A stretch of DNA of 64,000 bases from Syntrophorhabdaceae bacterium (GTDB lineage Bacteria; Desulfobacterota; Syntrophorhabdia; Syntrophorhabdales; Syntrophorhabdaceae): NCBI GenBank assembly GCA_963666485.2, contig CAXXUO010000003.1, forward strand, positions 64,001 through 128,000, written 5' to 3'. A program made the position numbers and the translations under genes. Under the pieces are notes generated by a model, which saw only the letters and a list, made by a program, of their open reading frames with translations, was not told the origin of the DNA and did not search any database. Positions 18,517 through 28,039 of this stretch are shown in pieces (the stretch's first letter is position 1; each line of letters opens with the position of its first letter).

Positions 18517-18607
18517 CTTTTCCTCCGGATGGCTTTTAAGACTAATTACGGTGCGATAGTATACACTAAAACGCGGCGAAAAAAAATTAACTTGGATAAT
18601 GATAAAT

Positions 18608-18730
18608 CGTAAAACGCAAGACGCAAGACGTGAGATGTTAAGGATAGTTCCCGGTTCTGAGTCGGATAGGAGTAATCGCGACACAGGAAAGGAGTCTTTC
18701 ACTTCTTGCGTCTTGCGTTTTACGGTCTTT
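18608..18730. repeat. Heptamer-armed cassette, 21-bp perfect IR
   Basis: CGTAAAACGCAAGACGCAAGA 18608-18628 / 18704-18724; 18701-18730 is identical to 40446-40475. Confidence 0.93.
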
Positions 18731-19415
18731 AGTCGATTGTCACGTTAAACTTTATCTCCGCCTCGGAGCGGCGGCTGTATATGGGGTTCAAAGGTTGGTT
18801 TTGATCCAGGATGATATCGATCCGTTCGTCGACGAGGGATGCGGGCTCGATGTGGTCGTATTTATCGTGGATGATGGTCACGCCGGCTAAATCTGCGAGG
18901 TACTTTTCCGCGATGCGCAGGCCTGTACCGAAACAGACGCAGGGGGTTTTGATGATGGCGGGGATCTGATCCGGTTTTACGGCCATGTAGTCAGTTTCCC
19001 GCAGGAGCTTTCCCCCGGATACGTGGTAGAGGGCAAGGAATACCTCCGATTTCTTGGCGTCAATGAGGGGGCACAGGTACGACCCTTCCCGGTCGATCAG
19101 GGGGAAGGCGAGGGCGTCGAGGGTAGGGATGCCGCGTATCGGGGTCCCGATCGCGGCGCGGATCCCCTTGCAGAATGAAAGGCCGACGCGTATCCCGGTG
19201 AATGACCCCGGGCCGAGGGTGACCCGGAGCTCGGTTATGTCCTTGAGGGTTGTTCCGTTGGCAGCGAGAATTCCTTCGATATTTTCCGGCAATATCTGGG
19301 AGGGTGAGCGCAATTCCTTTATACGCCTCTCATCTGCGGGCCCGTCCGGGCCTGCGAGGGCGATGTTCAGGAGATCCATCGAATTGTCGATGGCGAGTAT
19401 GTGCCTATTTGCCAT
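18729..19415 (-). CDS. tsaB: tRNA threonylcarbamoyladenosine biosynthesis protein TsaB
   Basis: ILAIDNS, GPGSFTGIRVG, IDAKKSEVF; start at ATG 19415. Confidence 0.93.
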   Translation of the reverse strand: MANRHILAIDNSMDLLNIALAGPDGPADERRIKELRSPSQILPENIEGILAANGTTLKDITELRVTLGPGSFTGIRVGLSFCKGIRAAIGTPIRGIPTLDALAFPLIDREGSYLCPLIDAKKSEVFLALYHVSGGKLLRETDYMAVKPDQIPAIIKTPCVCFGTGLRIAEKYLADLAGVTIIHDKYDHIEPASLVDERIDIILDQNQPLNPIYSRRSEAEIKFNVTID

Positions 19416-20487
19416 GGAAATACTTGCTGAAATCGAATATCCGGTCGAAATCGTTGTAAAAGGCAAAGACCATGATGAGGAGCAGGATGACGAGCCCCAC
19501 TGTCTGGGCGATCTCCTGGGTCTTCTGCGGTATCCTCCGACGTATTATGATCTCGATCGCGTTGAAAAGAATATGCCCGCCGTCGAGAACCGGGATGGGT
19601 AGGAGGTTGATCACGCCGAGGTTGATGCTGATGAGCGCAAAGAAGAGGACGAAATCCCCGAATCCTTTCTTTGCCCGCTTGCTCGCCTCCTGGAAGATCA
19701 GGACGGGGCCGCCGATGTTCTTCGGTGATATGCTGCCCTGGATGATCTTTATCACCCCGACGACGGTGATGCGCGAGTATTCCCAGGTCATGTACAATGA
19801 CAGGGGGACGGCCTTGATCGGCGACTGTCGTTTCTTGATCACTTCGTCAGACCGTTCTATGCCGAGCACTCTGCGGGTGAACGGTTCGCCAAAGATATCC
19901 TTTTCCTGTATTACTGTCGGTTTGACGGTAAATTCCATCGGTGCGCCATTGCGGTCGACGGTTACCTTTACCGTGTCCGCCTGTATTTTTTCGAGGCTGG
20001 ATGCGATATCGAGGAATTCCCCGACGTCCTTGCCGTCTATCTTGGTTATCACGTCGTCTTTCTGGATGCCTGCGGCCTGTGCGGGCATGTTCGGGGCAAC
20101 CTTCCCGACGCGTGCGGACGGCACGTTATAGCCTATGATCGAGACGAAATAGAATACGACGAGGGCCAGCAGGACGTTAAAGAGCGGGCCGGCCACTGCG
20201 ACAAGTATCCTGACGTACGGCGGCTTATGAGAGAAGGAGCGCGCTTTGTCTTCTTGAGCCACTTCCTCATCCGGTGATTCGCCGAGCAGCTTGACGTAAC
20301 CGCCCATAGGGACGATGGAGATGGCGTATTCCGTTTCGCCCTTCACCCACTTCACGAGCTTTTTGCCGAACCCTATCGAAAATGTGAGGACCTTGATATT
20401 GAAGATCCTTGCCACCATGAAATGCCCGAACTCATGCACCAGTATCAAAAGCGCAAGTGCGATCAGGAAATACAAAAAAGAGATCAT
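19405..20487 (-). CDS. rseP: RIP metalloprotease RseP
   Basis: HEFGH, PDZ domain, NLLPIPVLDGG. Confidence 0.96.
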   Translation of the reverse strand: MISFLYFLIALALLILVHEFGHFMVARIFNIKVLTFSIGFGKKLVKWVKGETEYAISIVPMGGYVKLLGESPDEEVAQEDKARSFSHKPPYVRILVAVAGPLFNVLLALVVFYFVSIIGYNVPSARVGKVAPNMPAQAAGIQKDDVITKIDGKDVGEFLDIASSLEKIQADTVKVTVDRNGAPMEFTVKPTVIQEKDIFGEPFTRRVLGIERSDEVIKKRQSPIKAVPLSLYMTWEYSRITVVGVIKIIQGSISPKNIGGPVLIFQEASKRAKKGFGDFVLFFALISINLGVINLLPIPVLDGGHILFNAIEIIIRRRIPQKTQEIAQTVGLVILLLIMVFAFYNDFDRIFDFSKYFHGK

Positions 20488-21644
20488 AATTTTTTTCGTC
20501 CTGTTCCAGTTATTTTAGTCATTGCCGTGCTGCGTGTCCACGATATGATACCACGAATCGTTTCGAGGTTGTCGACTATCGGATGGCCGGGGCCGTCCGC
20601 CAGCGTTTCCCCGACGACACGGGGGATATCCGTGAACTTGATCCTGCCTTCGATAAAAGCCTGAGCGGCGACCTCATTCGAGACATTGAACGCGATCATG
20701 GCGCCGTCACCTGCCTCGAGGGCCTCATACGCAAGCCGTATCGAGGGAAACCGCTTAAGGTCGGGCGGATGGAATGTCAGCTTCAGGACCCCGTCAAGCT
20801 TGAGGGGCGAAAAGGGCAGTAGAGCGCGCTGTTCACCGTAGAGCGCGTACGCGATCGGGATCTTCATGTCCGGGCTCGCCATGTACGCGAAAAACGAATT
20901 ATCCGTGAATTCGACGATGCCGTGAACGATGCTTTCCGGGTGAACCAGGGTTTTGATCTTTGCCGGTTCGAGGTCAAAGAGCCATCGTGCCTCTATGATC
21001 TCGAGACCTTTGTTCATGAGCGTCGCGGAGTCGAGCGTTATCTTCCGTCCCATCTTCCAGGTGGGATGGTTCATGGCATCGGACACCTCGACGTTCTCCA
21101 GTGCTTTTTTCGTATGCTTCCTGAAGGGACCCCCGGACGCGGTCAGTATGATGGACCTCACCTCGCCGTGATCGATACCTTTCAAAAGTTGGTATACTGC
21201 TGAATGTTCGCTGTCGACCGGGATGAGTTCGCTGCCGGTTTGTGCGATTATCCTCCTGATCATCCGTCCGCCCATGACAAGGCTTTCCTTGTTGGCAAGG
21301 GCAAGCGTTTTTCCCGAATTAAGCGCTTCGATCGTCGGCTCGAGGCCAATGGAGCCGGGCAGGGCGTTGACAACGATGTCAACATCACTCCGGATCATCT
21401 CCTTCATGCCTTCGATGCCCGTGAAAAGCCGGGCGCCCTTGAGATCCGCCCTGCCGCTGAGCGCACCGTCAAAAAGGCAGACATTTTTCGGCCCGAAAAG
21501 GTGTACCTGTTCATTGAGAAGATCTATATTGCTCGCGCAGGCGAGGCCATGAACTTCAAAGGATGCAGGGTCGTTGGCGATGACGCTGAGCGTCGATGTG
21601 CCGATGGAGCCTGTTGAGCCGAGTATGAGGACCTTCTTTTTCAT
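20484..21644 (-). CDS. dxr: 1-deoxy-D-xylulose 5-phosphate reductoisomerase
   Basis: LGSTGSIG, LANKES, PVDSEH, HPTWKMG, NKGLE. Confidence 0.97.
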   Translation of the reverse strand: MKKKVLILGSTGSIGTSTLSVIANDPASFEVHGLACASNIDLLNEQVHLFGPKNVCLFDGALSGRADLKGARLFTGIEGMKEMIRSDVDIVVNALPGSIGLEPTIEALNSGKTLALANKESLVMGGRMIRRIIAQTGSELIPVDSEHSAVYQLLKGIDHGEVRSIILTASGGPFRKHTKKALENVEVSDAMNHPTWKMGRKITLDSATLMNKGLEIIEARWLFDLEPAKIKTLVHPESIVHGIVEFTDNSFFAYMASPDMKIPIAYALYGEQRALLPFSPLKLDGVLKLTFHPPDLKRFPSIRLAYEALEAGDGAMIAFNVSNEVAAQAFIEGRIKFTDIPRVVGETLADGPGHPIVDNLETIRGIISWTRSTAMTKITGTGRKKL

Positions 21645-21648
21645 CGTG

Positions 21649-22443
21649 TCATCGCGTCCATAAAATGCAGGAATAGAGAAACGGGGCCGTAAAGATGAAG
21701 CTGTCGATACGGTCCAGCATGCCGCCGTGTCCGGGGATGAGGCCGGACGAGTCCTTTATCTTGAAAACCCGTTTGCAGGCGGACTCCATGAGGTCTCCCG
21801 CCTGGCCCAGGATGCCGGCCGCTATCCCGATGCCAATCGCGGCACCCAGGTCGAAGCCGAGCCATGTGTGGAACGCCCCAATAATAACAACGGAGCCAAG
21901 AGCGGAGCCGGCGAGGCCCTCGACCGTTTTTTTGGGGCTTATCTGGGGGGCGAGCCGGTGTTTCCCGAAAGTTTTCCCGATGAAATAGGCAAAGGTGTCG
22001 CTTGCCCATATAGAAAGGAGAAGTATGAACGGGAAGAGGGTGTTCTCCTTCTTGAGCAGGTACAGGTAAAAGAACGGGACGAGAACGAACATATTGCCGA
22101 AAAGTATGACTGCCGCCTGCAGCGTTATCTCGCGATTGGCCGCGTCGACAGGGGTTTTCCTGTCGAAGGTTTTTATAAGGATCATCACAACGATGGAGGC
22201 CATGGCCCAGAGGGGATAGTACTGGTAGTGCCCCTTATAAAGAGGGATGGCCCCGGCAATGACGAGGACTGCCACGAGGACCTTCATCGGTACATCCGCC
22301 AGGGCAGCCGCTTCGTTGACGGCAATGATGCCGACTATGAGAAGGAGAATGAGAAGCCAGTCAGCCGGCAGGAAGTAAAAGAGAAGGGCAACGACCGGAG
22401 CCAGGCACATGCCCGTAATGACCCGTTTCTTCAGTTCTCCCAA
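21649..22443 (-). CDS. cdsA: Phosphatidate cytidylyltransferase
   Basis: SPKKTVEG, KDSSGLIPGHGGMLDRIDS. Confidence 0.96.
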   Translation of the reverse strand: MGELKKRVITGMCLAPVVALLFYFLPADWLLILLLIVGIIAVNEAAALADVPMKVLVAVLVIAGAIPLYKGHYQYYPLWAMASIVVMILIKTFDRKTPVDAANREITLQAAVILFGNMFVLVPFFYLYLLKKENTLFPFILLLSIWASDTFAYFIGKTFGKHRLAPQISPKKTVEGLAGSALGSVVIIGAFHTWLGFDLGAAIGIGIAAGILGQAGDLMESACKRVFKIKDSSGLIPGHGGMLDRIDSFIFTAPFLYSCILWTR

Positions 22444-23166
22444 TTAAAATTCCTTTATATTTCCGAACCTTCGCTCGCGCTTTGCAAATTCTTTCAAGGC
22501 ATCGAGGAATGCCTCTTTACGAAAGTCCGGCCAGAGAATGTCCGTGACGTAGATCTCTGTATACGCGATCTGCCAGAGGAGGAAATTGGATACCCGCATC
22601 TCGCCGCTCGTGCGTATGAGAAGATCGGGATCGGGTATGTCCGGGGCGTAAAGATATTTCTGCAAAGTCCGTTCATCTATGCGTTTGATGCGCCCGTTCT
22701 TTACGTCTTCCGATATCAACTGTACGGCGTGGACGATCTCCTTGCGGCCGCTGTAGCTCAGTGCGATGGTCAGGACCACGTTGTTGTTGCGCGACGTTTC
22801 CTTGATAACATGATCAAACTGGGCCTGCAAAGCCTTCGAGAAATCTTTCTTTTCCCCGATGATGTTGAAACGGACCCCGTTTTTCATCATAAAAGGGAGT
22901 TCGTTCTCGAGATAGAGGCCGAGGAGGTACATGAGGGTCTTGACCTCTTCTTTCGGGCGGGACCAGTTTTCCTTGGAGAATGCATACAGGGTGAGGTAAG
23001 GGATGCCGAATTCGGCGCACGCTTCGGTGATGTCCCGTACGGAATCGATCCCTACCCTGTGACCTTCAGCCCTTTTGAGTTTCTGTTTTTTCGCCCACCT
23101 CCCGTTTCCATCCATAATGATGGCGACATGGGTGGGCAGTCTGTCGGGAACAGTTTTTTTCATCAA
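22444..23166 (-). CDS. uppS: Undecaprenyl diphosphate synthase
   Basis: IMDGNGRWA, FSKENWSRP, RTSGEMRVSNFLLWQ. Confidence 0.97.
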   Translation of the reverse strand: MMKKTVPDRLPTHVAIIMDGNGRWAKKQKLKRAEGHRVGIDSVRDITEACAEFGIPYLTLYAFSKENWSRPKEEVKTLMYLLGLYLENELPFMMKNGVRFNIIGEKKDFSKALQAQFDHVIKETSRNNNVVLTIALSYSGRKEIVHAVQLISEDVKNGRIKRIDERTLQKYLYAPDIPDPDLLIRTSGEMRVSNFLLWQIAYTEIYVTDILWPDFRKEAFLDALKEFAKRERRFGNIKEF

Positions 23167-23173
23167 TTGCCGC

Positions 23174-23731
23174 TTATATAGAAAGGATCTCTTTTTCTTT
23201 TTCGGAAAAAGATTTTTCTGCCATCTCTATATACTTATCGGTCATTTTCTGGACATCATCCTGTTTCTTCTTGAGGTCGTCCTGGGAGATGGCCTTGTCT
23301 TTTTCCAGTTTTTTCAGCTTTTCGTTAATGTCCCGCCTGACGTTTCTCATGGCAACACGGGTGCCCTCGAGCATCTTGCTCCCGAGTTTCGTCAGTTCCT
23401 TGCGTCTCTCTTCGGTAAGCTTGGGAAAGGAAAGGCGTATCTGTTTCCCGTCGTTCATGGGGTTCACGCCGAGGTCCGATTTCTGAATGGCCTTCTCGAT
23501 CTCGCCGATCACGGTGTTGTCCCACGGCTGTATCGTGAGCGTCCGTGAATCCGGGGCGCCGATGGTGGCCACCTGGTTCAAGGGGGTAGGTTGTTTGTAA
23601 TAATCTATCTTGATATCTTCGAGCAGGGAGACCGACGCAACACCGGTGCGGAGCTTGGAGAAATCCTTTTTCAGAGCGGAAAGGGATTTCTTCAGTTTAT
23701 CTTCGAGTTCGTTCATAACATCGGTGCTCAT
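23174..23731 (-). CDS. frr: Ribosome recycling factor
   Basis: LRTG, IQPWD, LTEERRKEL; synteny. Confidence 0.97.
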   Translation of the reverse strand: MSTDVMNELEDKLKKSLSALKKDFSKLRTGVASVSLLEDIKIDYYKQPTPLNQVATIGAPDSRTLTIQPWDNTVIGEIEKAIQKSDLGVNPMNDGKQIRLSFPKLTEERRKELTKLGSKMLEGTRVAMRNVRRDINEKLKKLEKDKAISQDDLKKKQDDVQKMTDKYIEMAEKSFSEKEKEILSI

Positions 23732-23735
23732 ACGG

Positions 23736-24443
23736 CTACCTCCTCACTATTGTACCTATGGTCTCACCGAGGACTGCTTTTTTAAGATTTTCCCGTACGC
23801 GAATATTGAATACGGCGATCGGGATGTTGTTCTCTTTACAGAGAGTAATGGCAGTAAGGTCCATAACCTGGAGGTCTCTGGCTATCACTTCGCCGTAGGT
23901 GATCTCCGGGTAGAAAATGGCGTCATTGTGGACCTCGGGGTCTTTGTCATACACACCGTCGACCTTGGTCGCCTTCATGACGATGTCCGCCTTCGTTTCG
24001 ACGGCCCTGAGTGCCGCGGCCGTGTCCGTCGTAAAATACGGGTTTCCCGTGCCGCACGCGAAGATGACTATCGTGCCGCCGCTTAAATGACCGATCGCCT
24101 TTGCATGATTGTACGGTTCGGCGATCTTTTCCAGGTTAAGCGACGTCTGTACAACGGCAGGCGCCCCGATCTTGTTCAGCGTGTCCGCAAGAACGAGCGC
24201 GTTTATCACGGTGGCGACCATACCGATATAATCGCCGGTCACCCTGTCGACGCCTTCTTTTTCGCCCTTTTTCCCCCGGTATATATTGCCGCCGCCGAGG
24301 ACGATACCGACCTCGACACCAAGGTTGCGGATCCCGCGGATCTCCTGTGCGATCTCGTAAACGGTGGCATGGTCGATACCGTGCCCGGCGCTGCCCTGGA
24401 GGACCTCGCCACTCAATTTGAGGAGAATCCTCTTGTATTTCAT
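23736..24443 (-). CDS. pyrH: UMP kinase
   Basis: LLKLSGE, GGGNIYRG, FTTDTAAALRA. Confidence 0.97.
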   Translation of the reverse strand: MKYKRILLKLSGEVLQGSAGHGIDHATVYEIAQEIRGIRNLGVEVGIVLGGGNIYRGKKGEKEGVDRVTGDYIGMVATVINALVLADTLNKIGAPAVVQTSLNLEKIAEPYNHAKAIGHLSGGTIVIFACGTGNPYFTTDTAAALRAVETKADIVMKATKVDGVYDKDPEVHNDAIFYPEITYGEVIARDLQVMDLTAITLCKENNIPIAVFNIRVRENLKKAVLGETIGTIVRR

Positions 24444-24444
24444 C

Positions 24445-25050
24445 CTAGTCCTGAAGCGTCTCGCCCAGCTGGAACCTTACGAAACGGTTGATGACTATCT
24501 TCTCGCCCGTCTTCACGAGGAGCTCTTCAAGAAGGTCCTTGACGGTAAGATCGGGATTCTTGATGAAGGTCTGCTCGACGAGGCATACTTCCTGGTAGAA
24601 TTTTTCCAGTTTGCCTTCCGCGATCTTCTCGATGATCTTTTCCGGCTTGCCGGATTCAAGGGCCTGGTTCCTGTAAATGGCCTTTTCCCTTTCGATATGT
24701 TCCGCGGGTATGTCTTCGCGCTTGACATACAGCGGGTTCGCCGCCGTTATCTGCATAGCGACGTCTTTTACGAAGTTCTGAAACCCGTCCGTTTTCGCGA
24801 CGAAATCGGTCTCGCAGTTGATCTCGACCATTGCGCCGACCTTGCCGCCCGTGTGTATGTATGCCGAAATCGACCCTTCCGACGCCACGCGGCCCATTCT
24901 TTTCGCCATCTTGGCAAGGCCCTTCTCGCGAAGGAAGTCGACTGCCTTTTCCATATCCCCGTTCGTATGTTTCAAGGCCTCTTTACAATCCATGAGGCCG
25001 ACGCCGGTCTTTTCACGTAATTTTTTTACCGTATCAGCAGTGATATCCAT
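24445..25050 (-). CDS. tsf: Elongation factor Ts (short form)
   Basis: LREKTGVGLMDCK, EINCETDFVA. Confidence 0.97.
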   Translation of the reverse strand: MDITADTVKKLREKTGVGLMDCKEALKHTNGDMEKAVDFLREKGLAKMAKRMGRVASEGSISAYIHTGGKVGAMVEINCETDFVAKTDGFQNFVKDVAMQITAANPLYVKREDIPAEHIEREKAIYRNQALESGKPEKIIEKIAEGKLEKFYQEVCLVEQTFIKNPDLTVKDLLEELLVKTGEKIVINRFVRFQLGETLQD

Positions 25051-25070
25051 GATAATTCCTCCTGTAGCTG

Positions 25071-25859
25071 TTATGCTTCGTACTCGTCGTATTTTTCTTC
25101 TTCCAGTACGCTTTCATCGACAAAGGGCTTCAGATCTTCAGCCGGCCCTTCGTCCTTGGCCTGAAATTCCTCGACATACAGGGCTTTTCCTTCCATGACC
25201 GCATCTGCGATCCTGGCCGTGATGAGCTTGATCGCACGGATGGCGTCGTCATTACCCGGGATGACAAGGTCAATGTCATCGGGGTCACAGTTCGTATCGA
25301 CGATGCCGATCGTGGGAATGCCGAGCTTCTTCGCCTCGTTGACGGCGATGTATTCTTTCTTGGGATCAACGACATAGATCGCTCCGGGGAGCCTTTCCAT
25401 ACCCTTGATGCCGCCGATGTTCTTCTCGAGTTTCTCGATCTCTTTTTCGATGCCGATCGCTTCTTTTTTCGGGAGCACTTTATAAATGTCGCCTTGCTTC
25501 AATTCTTCGTACTTCCGCAGGCGATCGATGCTCTTTTCGATGGTCTGGAAGTTTGTCATCGTCCCGCCGAGCCACCTGTTGTTGACGTAAAAGGCCCCGC
25601 AGCGGCCCGCCTCTTCACGGATGGCTTCCTGCGCCTGTTTCTTGGTCCCGACGAACAGGATGTACTCATTGCGGGATGCCACTTCCTTCACGAAATTGTA
25701 CGCTTCCTTGAACATCTTGAGCGTCTTCTGAAGGTCGATGATGTAGATGCCGTTGCGGGCGCCGAAAATGTAGGGTTTCATCTTCGGGTTCCATCTCTTG
25801 GTCTGGTGACCGAAGTGAACGCCAGCTTCCAGCAATTGTTTGATGGTGAGATTAGACAT
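25071..25859 (-). CDS. rpsB: 30S ribosomal protein S2
   Basis: [27 protein letters not shown]. Confidence 0.98.
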   Translation of the reverse strand: MSNLTIKQLLEAGVHFGHQTKRWNPKMKPYIFGARNGIYIIDLQKTLKMFKEAYNFVKEVASRNEYILFVGTKKQAQEAIREEAGRCGAFYVNNRWLGGTMTNFQTIEKSIDRLRKYEELKQGDIYKVLPKKEAIGIEKEIEKLEKNIGGIKGMERLPGAIYVVDPKKEYIAVNEAKKLGIPTIGIVDTNCDPDDIDLVIPGNDDAIRAIKLITARIADAVMEGKALYVEEFQAKDEGPAEDLKPFVDESVLEEEKYDEYEA

Positions 25860-25869
25860 GTATCCTCCT

Positions 25870-25945
25870 GGTTTTTATCCTCCGCCTTTCGCACTTTACA
25901 GCCAGGCAGTTTCCTGCACCCCGGCAATAATTGAAAGGCGTGCGA
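25870..25945 (-). promoter_or_regulatory. Probable rpsB (S2) autoregulatory leader structure
   Basis: CGCCUUUC/GAAAGGCG stem, internal GGGGU and GCAG-GAAA-CUGC hairpin directly upstream of the RBS. Confidence 0.6.
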
Positions 25946-26016
25946 ATTTAATGAGTTTCTAAAATATCATATAATTACAGATGTTTCAATAAAAAATAGG
26001 CAGAAAAGGGCATTGT

Positions 26017-26217
26017 CGTTCTACGTTCTACGTTCTACGTTCTACGGTAAAAATAGATACTTGTATAGCTATGGAGACTGGTATGTGGCAAGTCAAATTC
26101 CGTCATCCCGATATAGATTTTTCATAGTCGACCTGAGTTTGCCGCCCTGTTACTTGTCGTTAACGTAGAACGTAGAACGTCTTTTCCCGTTTCCCGTCTT
26201 GCGTCTTGCCTTTTACG
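26017..26217. repeat. Heptamer-armed cassette with a double right arm
   Basis: CGTTCTA x4 (26017-26046) pairs with 26163-26179; second in-phase array TTTCCCG/TCTTGCG/TTTTACG at 26183-26217; half REP CGTCATCCCG at 26101. Confidence 0.9.
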
Positions 26218-27769
26218 GACTATCGCAGTACGGTGCTATGTCGCGGACGATGGCCTGGAGGTATTTCTTGCCGGCGAGTTCAAGGGAGTTCAGACTGATC
26301 TCAGTGTCGAAGTCGGTCCCGTCGAGGCGTCTGTGCGTCCAGCGGAAGAACCGGCCTGCGCCGTCGAGTGCGTTGTTCATGAGCTTCAGCGCCTTCTCGC
26401 GGGAGTCGGTGCCGTCGGGCTGGAGCGGCGGAGAGAGCTCAAAAGGTGATTTTCCGAGTATCTCTTCTTTCGTGCCACCGAACATCTCGAGCGCCCTTCG
26501 GTTGCAGTCTATGAACGAATAGCCGTCCACGAGGAAGATTGCGTCAATGGCGTTGTCAAAGATCGCATGGAACCTCATCTCGCTGTCTCTGAGCGCGTCA
26601 CCCGCCAGGCGGCGGTCCGTGATGTCCCGGATATACGCCAGGGTCAGCTGTTCACCGCGGAAAGTTATGCCTGTGGCGGAAACCTCAATGTAGACGACAC
26701 TGCCGTCCTTGCGTATGCCCTTTGCCTCGTATTTATCGGGGACATCCTCCCCGTTTTGTCTTTTTTGATTTATCAGCCGGACCCTCTCGAAATCGTCGGG
26801 ATGGATCGTTACCTGGTGCGTTTTGCCTGTGATCTCATCCGGCGAATCGTATCCAAAGATCTGGCAGAAGCGCTGGTTGACGTACAGATGGACATTTCCC
26901 CGCACTATGGCGACCCCGTCGTTCGAATTCTCGATCGCGGTCCGGTACCTTTCTTCGGATTCCCTGAGCTTTTCCTCGGCCTCTTTTTGCTCGGTGACGT
27001 CCCTGACCGATTGAATGACCCCTGTCATCCTGCCGTCGATATCGTATATCGGGCTTGCCTTGGCCCAGATATACGTGAGTTTCCCCCGGATCGTCAGGGG
27101 CTCTATGGGTTCGGCGACCAGCCGGTCCATTTCCTTGGTGATAAAGGAATATCTTTTCTCGGCGTCCCTGTCGGGCCGCAGGACAAAGTCAGCGAGCAGC
27201 GGCTGCCGCCGGCCGTAGAACGGTATCGAGTATTCCCGGTCGGCCTTGCCGAGTATTTTGACCGCTTTTATGCCGGTTAATTCCTCCATGGCCTTGTTCC
27301 ATGCAATGACCCGGCCCTCCGTATCGATCGCGAAAGTTGCATCGGGAAGGAAGTTGATGATGTCCATGAGGCGGCGTTCCGAATCGACCAGAGCGTCCTT
27401 GATCTTTTTCTGCTCCGTGATGTCCTGTATCACCGTCAGGATGTTTCTTTCCCCGCCGTAGGAATGCTTTATAATGCTGATGACCGCGTGAAAAACGCGG
27501 CCGTCCTTGCGTTTCAGATCGACCATGTAATCCCTGAGCGCGTCCTTGTTCCTGACATGCTCGAGCATGAGCTTCCTGTCCCCGGGGGTTGCATAGAACG
27601 CCTCGACATTGAGCGTCGCCATTTCTTTCCGCGTATAGCCGGTAATCCGTTGAAGCATCGAGTTGTATGCGATGATCGTGCCATCGAGGGTGGTAATGCA
27701 TATCCCAACGGGGATATTTTCGAAGATCGTGCGATAGCGGTCTTCTTTTATGGGATCGTTCTCGGTCAT
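26213..27769 (-). CDS. Multi-PAS/PAC sensor protein without output domain (possibly truncated)
   Basis: Four PAS-PAC repeats ending QDIT/RDVT/RDIT/RDI; stop lies inside the heptamer arm. Confidence 0.8.
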   Translation of the reverse strand: MTENDPIKEDRYRTIFENIPVGICITTLDGTIIAYNSMLQRITGYTRKEMATLNVEAFYATPGDRKLMLEHVRNKDALRDYMVDLKRKDGRVFHAVISIIKHSYGGERNILTVIQDITEQKKIKDALVDSERRLMDIINFLPDATFAIDTEGRVIAWNKAMEELTGIKAVKILGKADREYSIPFYGRRQPLLADFVLRPDRDAEKRYSFITKEMDRLVAEPIEPLTIRGKLTYIWAKASPIYDIDGRMTGVIQSVRDVTEQKEAEEKLRESEERYRTAIENSNDGVAIVRGNVHLYVNQRFCQIFGYDSPDEITGKTHQVTIHPDDFERVRLINQKRQNGEDVPDKYEAKGIRKDGSVVYIEVSATGITFRGEQLTLAYIRDITDRRLAGDALRDSEMRFHAIFDNAIDAIFLVDGYSFIDCNRRALEMFGGTKEEILGKSPFELSPPLQPDGTDSREKALKLMNNALDGAGRFFRWTHRRLDGTDFDTEISLNSLELAGKKYLQAIVRDIAPYCDSP

Positions 27770-27910
27770 AAAATACTTATATCACTACTATAGCACTATT
27801 TATCTGTTGATTCAGCCATGAAATTATCGGTGGACCGCATAGAGCAGGTTACCTTGAAATTACGGGACATTATATGGTATGTTGACGGAAAAATAAACAG
27901 GAGGACCTTT

Positions 27911-28039
27911 ATGCCGTCTCTGTCCAAGAAAACCGAATTGAAGAGAAAGAGAAAGAAAGCTGCCCAGAACCCCAGGAGAAAGAAGGTGCAGTCGAAGGCC
28001 TCCACCCCGGCATTTCCCGTACACGTCGATAAGGAATGA
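27911..28039 (+). CDS. Small basic protein (42 aa)
   Basis: AGGAGG RBS, ATG 27911, K/R-rich, ATGA overlap with the radical SAM gene. Confidence 0.6.
   Translation: MPSLSKKTELKRKRKKAAQNPRRKKVQSKASTPAFPVHVDKE

Noticed and set aside
18517..18702. N-terminal extension of the DUF39 ORF
   Set aside because: Crosses a repeat cassette; RBS and TTG at 18516 fit better
24445..25050. Truncated EF-Ts
   Set aside because: The ~200-aa short form is a known normal variant
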